Below, piece by piece: positions 25,925 to 32,000 of a stretch of 32,000 bases of DNA. Position numbers and translations under genes: made by a program. Location of the stretch: the NCBI GenBank assembly GCA_900234795.1, contig LT962688.1, positions 5,040,001-5,072,000 of the forward strand, read 5' to 3'. The notes beneath the pieces were generated by a model. The model was not told where the DNA came from. It did not search any database and saw only the letters and a list, made by a program, of their open reading frames with translations. This stretch comes from Methylorubrum extorquens. Lineage in GTDB: Bacteria > Pseudomonadota > Alphaproteobacteria > Rhizobiales > Beijerinckiaceae. The number at the start of each line of letters is the position of its first letter. Position 1 is the stretch's first letter.

Positions 25925-25989
25925 TTAACCGTTAACAAAACCCGAATCCCGCTTGCAAGCACTGTCTCTTTCGAGTCCGAGAGCGATTC
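25925..25989 (-). promoter_or_regulatory. candidate ctrA control region: TTAAC half-sites plus three GANTC (CcrM-type) sites
   Basis: TTAACCGTTAAC lies at 25925-25936. The GANTC sites are GAATC 25944-25948, GAGTC 25973-25977 and GATTC 25985-25989. All lie 110-180 bp upstream of the ctrA ATG in a locally AT-richer patch. The function is inferred by analogy with Caulobacter ctrA P1/P2. Confidence 0.4.
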
Positions 25990-26250
25990 TCCCGATCGTT
26001 GGCGATCTGTTCCCTTGTACTGCGCGCGCTCCCGAAACCGGGGATGAGCCTCCCCCGCTAACCCCTTCTGTTGTCTCAGGTTGGTCTCTCTGTTGCGGAA
26101 AGGTGACGGAGGCCATTCGTCGCCGTTCTCATTCCCGCGAGCGGTGGCATCGCCATCCGGATGGGTGCCTGGGAGCCTTGGCGCGCGGTCCGGCGGTGTT
26201 AAGACATCGGCCGGTTCGGTGGCGGGACGCGGTTAACGGGGTCGGGGCAC

Positions 26251-27606
26251 ATGACGCAGGAGCGCGGCTCCGGGGGGCTGGCGGCGGCGCTCGCCGCGCT
26301 CTCGACCGTCGAGACCCTGGAGACCTTCGGCCGGGTAACGGCGATCCGCGGCCTTCTGGTCGAGGTGGCCGGGCCGGTTTCCGCGATGCGGCTCGGCGGT
26401 CGCATCGACGTGGTGGTGGAGGGCGCCGGGGTCGCGGCCTCGACGGTGCCGTGCGAGGTGATCGGCTTTGCCGGCGACCGGGCGCTCGCCATGCCGTTCG
26501 GCTCGCTGGAGGGCGTGCGCCGCGGCTGCCCGGCCCTGGTGCGCGACGAGGCGGCGGGCGCGATCCGCCCCTCCGCCGCTTGGCTTGGGCGCACCGTCGA
26601 TGCCCTCGGGCGCCCGATCGACGGCCTCGGCCCCCTCGCGCAGGGGCCCGCGATCTATCCCCTGCGGGCCGACCCGCCCCCCGCGCACGGACGACGGCGC
26701 GTCGGGCCGCCGCTCGATCTCGGGGTTCGCTGTATCAACACCTTTCTCACCATGTGCCGCGGGCAGCGCATGGGCATCTTCGCCGGCTCCGGCGTCGGAA
26801 AGTCGGTGCTGCTGTCGATGCTGGCCCGCTACACCGCCGCCGACGTGGCGGTGATCGGCCTCGTCGGTGAGCGCGGCCGCGAGGTTCAGGAGTTTCTCCA
26901 AGACGACCTCGGCGCGGCGGGGCTCGCCCGCTCGGTCGTGGTGGTGGCGACCTCCGACGAGCCGGTGCTGATGCGCCGCAACGCCGCCTACGTCACCCTG
27001 GCGGTGGCCGAGTACTTTCGCGACCAGGGCGCGCAGGTCTTGTGCATGATCGATTCGATCACCCGCTTCGCCATGGCCCAACGCGACATCGGACTCGCCG
27101 GCGGCGAGCCCCCGACCGCCAAGGGCTACACGCCCACCGTCTTCTCGGAATTGCCGCGCCTGCTCGAACGGGCCGGGCCGGGGGTAGGGGAGGGGGCGAT
27201 CTCCGGCCTGTTCACCGTGCTGGTGGAGGGCGACGATCACAACGAGCCGGTGGCAGATGCGGTGCGTGGCATCCTCGACGGGCACATCGTCATGGAGCGG
27301 CGTATTGCCGAACAGGGGCGCTACCCGGCGATCAACGTGCTGCGCTCGGTCTCGCGCACCATGCCGCGGGCCTGCGACCCGGCCCATCTCCCCACCGTCC
27401 GCCGTGCGCGAAAGGTGCTGGCGACCTATGCCGACATGGAGGAGCTGATCCGGCTCGGGGCCTACCGTGCCGGTTCCTCGCCGGAGGTGGACGAAGCGGT
27501 GGCTCTCATGCCCGATCTGACGGCTTTTCTGGGGCAGGGTAAGGAAGAAGCAACCTCCATCAGCGAGGGTTATGACCGGTTGGCCGCCATTGTCGGCGGT
27601 GCGTGA
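26251..27606 (+). CDS. fliI: flagellum-specific ATPase FliI
   Basis: An intact 451-aa ORF with Walker A ([17 protein letters not shown]) and Walker B ([16 protein letters not shown]), plus ...[22 protein letters not shown]...[14 protein letters not shown]. Confidence 0.95.
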   Translation: MTQERGSGGLAAALAALSTVETLETFGRVTAIRGLLVEVAGPVSAMRLGGRIDVVVEGAGVAASTVPCEVIGFAGDRALAMPFGSLEGVRRGCPALVRDEAAGAIRPSAAWLGRTVDALGRPIDGLGPLAQGPAIYPLRADPPPAHGRRRVGPPLDLGVRCINTFLTMCRGQRMGIFAGSGVGKSVLLSMLARYTAADVAVIGLVGERGREVQEFLQDDLGAAGLARSVVVVATSDEPVLMRRNAAYVTLAVAEYFRDQGAQVLCMIDSITRFAMAQRDIGLAGGEPPTAKGYTPTVFSELPRLLERAGPGVGEGAISGLFTVLVEGDDHNEPVADAVRGILDGHIVMERRIAEQGRYPAINVLRSVSRTMPRACDPAHLPTVRRARKVLATYADMEELIRLGAYRAGSSPEVDEAVALMPDLTAFLGQGKEEATSISEGYDRLAAIVGGA

Positions 27607-27701
27607 GGCGGCTTCGAGAAGCGCGTCGGGGTAACGGTCCGTTTGGATCGCCCGCGCCGATCGGGTCGCGTCCCGGCGTAGCGTGGAGTGGATGGCCCGA
27701 C

Positions 27702-28106
27702 ATGAAATCGCGTGACACGCTGATCCGGTTGCGTCGGTTCCAGGTGGATGAGAAGCGCCGCAGGGTGGCGCAGATCGAGATGATGATGGCCGACTTCAAC
27801 CGCATGGCGGCCGAACTCGACCGGGAAGTCTCGCAGGAGGAGGCCCGTGCGGGGATCTCCGATCCGGCCCATTTCGCCTACCCGACCTATGCCCGCGCCG
27901 CCACCGGCCGCCGGGACAACATGCGCCAGTCGGCCGCCGCCCTGGAAGGGCAGCTTGCCGAGGCCAAGGCCGAACTGGGTGAGGCGTTCGAGGAACTGAA
28001 GAAGGTCGAGATCCTGGAGGATCGCGAGCGCTCCGCCGAGCGCGCGGCCGAAGCCGCCCGCGAGCAGGCCGAGATGGACGCGATCGGACTTCGGGCTCGG
28101 GCCTAA
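27702..28106 (+). CDS. fliJ: flagellar export chaperone FliJ (alphaproteobacterial type)
   Basis: Uses ATG 27702 within track ORF 27603..28106. MKSRDTLIRLRRFQVDEKRRRVAQIEMMMADFNRMAAELDREV... is coiled-coil rich and 134 aa long. It lies immediately after fliI. Confidence 0.8.
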   Translation: MKSRDTLIRLRRFQVDEKRRRVAQIEMMMADFNRMAAELDREVSQEEARAGISDPAHFAYPTYARAATGRRDNMRQSAAALEGQLAEAKAELGEAFEELKKVEILEDRERSAERAAEAAREQAEMDAIGLRARA

Positions 28107-28462
28107 GAGGCCAGATCCTCGGCGGGATCGTCGAGCGCGTCGGCGGCACGAGGCCGGCGACGCCGGCGAGTTCACGATTCCCTGGTACCACCCCGTAGAA
28201 ATCGCTCAGCTCGATCCTGCGGGGGCGTATGAGTGGCCGTGCCGGTGCCGCGTTCATCGAGGGCCATTCCCGACCGCTCAAGCCGCACTGAATGCGTTGC
28301 CTGTTACACTCGCTGAGTCGGGCAGAGCCGCGTGTTTCGGCATGAAACCGTCATGATCTAACGGCAAGAGCCGGCCCCATCGAGACGGTTGCCCAGTCCC
28401 GCTTGCGATGCGCGCGGTCGTGGCGCAGGAGAGACCGCTCCCGAGAGAGGCGGCGGACATCC

Positions 28463-29515
28463 ATGAAAAAACTCAGTGAAGTCTTCTGGGGCCTGATCGG
28501 CCTCGCCGCGGTGGCGGTGTCCTGCTACCTGCTCTGGGGGCAGTTGAAGACCCTATCCTGGGCGAGCATCGAGGCGGCGTTTGCCGCCATCCCGCTCCAC
28601 CACTTCCTGTTCGCGGCCGTCTCTACCCTCGTCGCCTACGCCGCGCTCGCTTGGTACGATCGGATCGCGCTGCTGCATCTGGGCGTGCGCCACATCTCGT
28701 GGCTGTTCGTATCGCTGTGCTCGTTCACGACCTACGCCCTCTCGCACAATATCGGCGCTTCGGTCTTCTCCGGCGCCCTGGTGCGCTACCGGGCCTACAC
28801 CTCGAAGGGACTTTCGGCAGCGCAGGTCGCGGTACTGGTGGCCCTGTGCTCCTTCACCTTCGGCCTTGGCACGATCCTGCTCGGCGGCTTCGTTCTGGTC
28901 TACGATCCGAACCTCCTCGCGCGGCTCGACAACCTGCTGCCGGCGGTGCTGACCAATCCCGCGACCTCGCGGTTGGTCGGCTTCGGCCTGCTCGGGTTCG
29001 TCGCGCTCTACGTTCTCGGCTCGGTGCTGCGCTTCCGCCCGCTGACGATCCGCAATTTCAAGATCGAGTATCCGCGGCCCGGTATCATGGTGCGCCAGCT
29101 CATCGCGGCGCCGCTGGAGCTGCTGGGTGCTGCCGGCATCATCTACTTCGCCCTGCCGGATGCCCTGAACCCCGGCTTCATTCCAGTGCTCGGCATCTTC
29201 CTCGCCTCGTTCTCCGTCGCGCTCGCCTCGCACGCGCCGGGCGGCCTCGGCGTGTTCGAACTCGTGTTCTTCACCGCGATGCAGCTTCAGACCGATGCGG
29301 AGAAGGCGCCGGTACTCGCCGCGGTGCTGATCTTCCGCCTGTTCTATCTGATCATTCCCTTCGCCGTGGCCATCGTCGTGGTGCTGCTGTTCGAGCGCTC
29401 CCGCCTCACGAACGCGCTCGGCAAGGACGGCAAGGCCGCGCCGGAGCCGCCGCTCGTCGCGCCGGGCCTCGACAAGCACGTGATCGAGCGGCGGCTGGAG
29501 AAGAAGGCGGTCTGA
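28463..29515 (+). CDS. YbhN/UPF0104-family membrane protein (MprF flippase-like TM domain, no synthase domain)
   Basis: Uses ATG 28463 within track ORF 28403..29515. It is 350 aa and polytopic. LVAYAALAWYDRIALLHLGVRHISWLFVSLCSFTTYALSHNIGASVFSGALVRYRAYTSKGL matches the LPG-synthase TM-region pattern. Confidence 0.7.
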   Translation: MKKLSEVFWGLIGLAAVAVSCYLLWGQLKTLSWASIEAAFAAIPLHHFLFAAVSTLVAYAALAWYDRIALLHLGVRHISWLFVSLCSFTTYALSHNIGASVFSGALVRYRAYTSKGLSAAQVAVLVALCSFTFGLGTILLGGFVLVYDPNLLARLDNLLPAVLTNPATSRLVGFGLLGFVALYVLGSVLRFRPLTIRNFKIEYPRPGIMVRQLIAAPLELLGAAGIIYFALPDALNPGFIPVLGIFLASFSVALASHAPGGLGVFELVFFTAMQLQTDAEKAPVLAAVLIFRLFYLIIPFAVAIVVVLLFERSRLTNALGKDGKAAPEPPLVAPGLDKHVIERRLEKKAV

Positions 29516-29747
29516 GCCACCCTCGTCGAAACCCTTGCCGGCGGCCGCTCTCCCGAGCGCGCCGCCGGTTGCGTTTCGGGTCACGAGCCTTGAATTCCGC
29601 GTCCATTTCGTCGCAGTGACGGCGAGATCAGCGATCCTTACCTCACACCGCTTCCGTGGATGAATGGGACGCGCAGGGTTGCGAGCCCTTCAGGAACGGT
29701 TAAGCTTCGACGGAATGGGGAGCCGCTCTGGCTCCTGGATGGACAAC

Positions 29748-29888
29748 ATGGCTTCGATCAAAATTCGGGTCGCCGAAGACGGCACCTGTTCGATCTGCCG
29801 GGACGGCACGATCATCAGCAGCGGGCTCACCCGTTCGCAGGCCGACCAAATGGTCGCCGTCCTGCGCGCGATCGAGGGACACGCCTGA
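29748..29888 (+). CDS. small hypothetical protein (46 aa)
   Basis: MASIKIRVAEDGTCSICRDGTIISSGLTRSQADQMVAVLRAIEGHA has high GC3 and a GGA-type SD about 8 nt upstream. It is followed by a strong terminator. An in-frame ATG at 29739 is an alternative start. Confidence 0.4.
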   Translation: MASIKIRVAEDGTCSICRDGTIISSGLTRSQADQMVAVLRAIEGHA

Positions 29889-29971
29889 CCGGCGCCTGAC
29901 CCAAGCGCCGAGCCGCTTCCCTATCTCCCGGCGACGCCGGCCCTCCGAAACAACAAAGTGCGCAGAATGCG

Positions 29972-30009
29972 GAGCCGAGCCGACCCTTGCAGGTCGGCTC
30001 GGCTCTTTT
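29972..30009. terminator. bidirectional terminator between the small ORF and the convergent MCP gene
   Basis: A 14-bp perfect stem forms between GAGCCGAGCCGACC (29972-29985) and GGTCGGCTCGGCTC (29992-30005) around a 6-nt loop. TTTT follows at 30006-30009 on the plus strand. It lies 28 nt beyond the MCP stop on the minus strand. Confidence 0.7.
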
Positions 30010-30032
30010 GCCTAAGGCCGTCGGTGATCGCC

Positions 30033-31709
30033 TCAGGCCGCGCGCACCGTGGCCAGAAAGCGTCGGACTTCGGCCCGCAGGTGATCGGATTGCTGAGACA
30101 GCTCCGAGGCGGCACCGAGCACCTGTGCGGCGGCCGTCCCGGTCTCCTCCGAGGCGCGGGCGACACCGGAGATGTTGTGCGTGACCTCGCTGGTGCCGGT
30201 CGCGGCCTGGGCCACGTTGCGGACGATCTCCTGGGTCGCCGCGCTCTGCTCCTCGACCGCCGCCGCGATCGAGGTGGAGACGTTGCTGATCTCCTGGATC
30301 CGCCCGGTGATGTCGCCGATCGCGCTGACGGCCGTACCGGTCGAGCGCTGGATGCGGGCGATCTGCTCCGAGATGTCCGTCGTCGCCCGCGCGGTCTGGC
30401 TCGCCAACTCCTTCACCTCCGCCGCGACCACGGCGAAGCCACGGCCCGCTTCACCCGCGCGTGCCGCCTCGATCGTCGCGTTGAGGGCCAGCAGATTGGT
30501 CTGGCCGGCGATGTCCGAGATCATCGCCACGACATCGCCGATGCGGGCGGCGGCTTCGCTCAAATCCTGGACGAGCTGTCCGGTCTGGCCGGCCTCCTCC
30601 ACCGCCGTGCGGGAGAGGGCGGCCGACCCGTCCACCTGCCGGCCGATCTCCTGGACGGAGCTGCCCAGTTCCTCGGCGGCGGCGGCCACGGTGTTGACGT
30701 TCGTGGTCGCCTCCTCGGCGGCCGCGGCGACGGCGGTCGATTGCCCGGCGGTCTGGTTCGCCGTACCGGCGAGGCCCTGGGCCGTCGATTGCAGTTGCGA
30801 GGCGGCCCCGCCGATGGTGGTGACGATGCCGGTGATCGTGCCCTCGAACCCCTGAATCAGGGTGTTGAGCCGCTCGGCCCGCTCCATCTTCAGCGCCTGA
30901 TCGGCATCCTGCGCCCCTTGCAGCCGCTCGCGCTCGACGGCGTTGTCGCGGAAGACCGCGACGGCGCGCGCCATCGCGCCGACCTCGTCGCTGCGCTCGG
31001 CCTCCGGCAGGGCGATGTCGGTGCGTCCCTGCGCGAGCCGGCCCATCGTCGCCCGCAGGGCATTCATCGGGCGCACGATCGAGCGGATGATCGCCCAGGA
31101 GGCGGCGCCGAGAAAAACGAGAATGCCGAGCGCGATCGCGCCGAGGCGCAGGATCTGCTCCCACAACGTCGCCTTCAGATCGTCGATATGGACGCCGGTG
31201 GCGACATACAGCCCCCAGGGCGCATGGTAGCGAAACGTGGCGACCTTCGCCGTTGCCTCAGAATCCGGCACACGCTTCCACGTGTAGACGACCGATGCCA
31301 CCCCATCCCGCACGGCCCGTGGCAGCACGTCCGCGACGAAGGCGAAGCCCGTCGTGTCCTTGAGATTGCTGAAGTTGCGGCCGAGCAGGGTCTTGTCCGC
31401 GTGTGCGACCACGGTCACGTCGCGGTCCCAGATGAAGAAGTAGCCGTCCGCACCGTGCCGCATCGCCGTGATGCCGGCATAGGCGGCCGCACGGGCCGCG
31501 GCCTCCGGCATCTCCCCCTTCTGGGCGAGCCGGTAATGGTGGTCGACCAGGTTGATGGCCGATTCCGTCATCAGCTCGAGCTGGCTGAGGCGCTGCGCGT
31601 ACATCGCGTTGTACTGGTAGGTCAGCGCGACGGTGCAGATCGCCAGGAGGCTCAGCGCCGACAGGCCAACGAGCGTGTAGAGCTTCCTCGGGATATCGAA
31701 ACGCAGCAC
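30033..31709 (-). CDS. methyl-accepting chemotaxis protein (periplasmic single-Cache-like sensor, HAMP, MCP signalling domain)
   Basis: Track ORF 30033..31859. The start was chosen at GTG 31709 (GAGGGA 9-14 nt upstream), giving 558 aa. Two TM segments flank a sensor region ([24 protein letters not shown]...). A HAMP domain follows, then the conserved hairpin ...[37 protein letters not shown].... Confidence 0.9.
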   Translation of the reverse strand: MLRFDIPRKLYTLVGLSALSLLAICTVALTYQYNAMYAQRLSQLELMTESAINLVDHHYRLAQKGEMPEAAARAAAYAGITAMRHGADGYFFIWDRDVTVVAHADKTLLGRNFSNLKDTTGFAFVADVLPRAVRDGVASVVYTWKRVPDSEATAKVATFRYHAPWGLYVATGVHIDDLKATLWEQILRLGAIALGILVFLGAASWAIIRSIVRPMNALRATMGRLAQGRTDIALPEAERSDEVGAMARAVAVFRDNAVERERLQGAQDADQALKMERAERLNTLIQGFEGTITGIVTTIGGAASQLQSTAQGLAGTANQTAGQSTAVAAAAEEATTNVNTVAAAAEELGSSVQEIGRQVDGSAALSRTAVEEAGQTGQLVQDLSEAAARIGDVVAMISDIAGQTNLLALNATIEAARAGEAGRGFAVVAAEVKELASQTARATTDISEQIARIQRSTGTAVSAIGDITGRIQEISNVSTSIAAAVEEQSAATQEIVRNVAQAATGTSEVTHNISGVARASEETGTAAAQVLGAASELSQQSDHLRAEVRRFLATVRAA

Positions 31710-31779
31710 GGCTAGATCCCTCGATGCCCCACGGTCCGATTCTTGCCGCAGGACAGCGACGAAATTAGATTTTCGGCTA

Positions 31780-31794
31780 TTAACAAAAGCTAAA
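31780..31794 (-). promoter_or_regulatory. candidate CtrA box (TTAA-N7-TAAA) upstream of the MCP gene
   Basis: TTAACAAAAGCTAAA lies in a markedly AT-rich patch about 70-85 bp upstream of the GTG start. It has one mismatch to TTAA-N7-TTAA. It rests on a single motif match only. Confidence 0.3.
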
Positions 31795-32000
31795 AATTGT
31801 AGTCCCCGTCGGAATTTACACAAGTTGCCGTCTGGCCGCGATCGATGTGCATCGAGCACAGCCGCTCATGACGCTACGGGTGATCGGCGGATGCTTTCTG
31901 CCCGGCCGTACTGAGGGTGATCGATGATTGGATACGATCACCGCCAAAGGGTTCGATTGCTCGTCTACACCGATCCGACCGTCCGCAGCCGCGCGCGGGA

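Noticed and set aside
25813-26250. A small sciP (DUF1153) or chpT-like gene between ctrA and fliI, as is often found near ctrA.
   Set aside because: No ORF in either strand of this 438-bp region gives a DUF1153-like sequence or has coding-like statistics. The region is better read as a divergent promoter.
27796-28281. 161-aa minus-strand ORF (MSGREWPSMNAAPARPLIRPRRIELSDFYGVVPGNRELAG...).
   Set aside because: About 310 of its 486 nt would lie antisense to fliJ. It uses several AGG codons and has no SD or family resemblance. Only its first 55 or so codons lie in the unassigned spacer.
1-32000. Long ORFs in the supplied track that lie antisense to, or upstream in frame of, recognisable genes. 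Examples are 1..819(+), 3671..5101 of the 690-aa ORF, 9148..11727(+), 14084..15181(-), 14527..16260(-), 16402..18780(-), 21566..24121 of the 1060-aa ORF, 24047..25171 of the 1152-aa ORF, 25087..25935(+), 26233..27387(-), 28553..29584(-) and 29958..31715(+).
   Set aside because: Their translations are Arg/Gly/Pro/Ala-rich low-complexity strings with no family resemblance. Each overlaps a gene with a clear family signature on the other strand or frame. Stop-poor shadow frames of this kind are expected in DNA of about 70% GC.
1-32000. Search for tRNA, rRNA, CRISPR arrays, transposases, integrases and phage genes.
   Set aside because: I saw no regularly spaced direct repeats, no T-loop/acceptor-stem combination (the GGTTCGA-like strings at 8228 and 31948 lack matching stems), no rRNA-like segments and no DDE or tyrosine-recombinase-like translations.
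31924-32000. Possible gene start (ATG 31924 with GAGGG 7 nt upstream; MIGYDHRQRVRLLVYTDPTV...).
   Set aside because: Only 25 codons are visible before the window ends. That is too short to judge coding potential or family, so it is not listed as a feature.

Overview
High-GC (by eye about 70%) alphaproteobacterial chromosomal segment. The gene content (ctrA, fliI/fliJ, crcB, maeB) and the palindromic intergenic repeats suggest Rhizobiales or Methylobacterium, but that is only a guess. From left to right:

- **1-4855, minus strand:** a sugar-nucleotide/glycosyltransferase operon (broken tandem GT2, then rfbF, rfbG and a C-methyltransferase that runs off the window).
- **5102-5743:** a MarR regulator.
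- **5861-6459:** two small, coupled genes of unknown function behind an AT-rich island.
- **6628-8109:** a crcB, EamA-like, VanX-type dipeptidase operon.
- **8386-12194:** a three-subunit molybdenum hydroxylase operon (2Fe-2S, FAD and Mo subunits).
- **12483-13868:** an M20 dipeptidase.
- **14066-19737, plus strand:** a translationally coupled glycosyltransferase cluster carrying uncharacterised modules.
- **20171-25033:** a Tat-signal formamidase-family amidase, maeB, a hexapeptide acetyltransferase and a DUF3297-like protein.
- **25111-31709:** ctrA, fliI, fliJ, a YbhN/MprF-TM-like membrane protein and a methyl-accepting chemotaxis protein.

I found no tRNA, rRNA, CRISPR array, transposase or integrase. 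Many long ORFs in the supplied track are antisense shadows typical of high-GC DNA.

I do not see a clear-cut novel multi-gene system such as a defence system. The observations most worth a second look are:

1. Six reading-frame breaks in four genes, each inside a 4-6 nt G/C homopolymer run.
2. A 183-bp (61-codon) nested palindromic repeat lying in frame inside a 673-codon ORF, joining a complete GT4 glycosyltransferase to an unknown module of about 217 aa.
3. Two copies of a second palindromic repeat of about 105 bp that bracket the whole glycosyltransferase cluster, with the central loop inverted between copies.
4. The orphan small-gene pair behind the AT-rich island.
5. A cluster of GANTC and TTAAC motifs upstream of ctrA.
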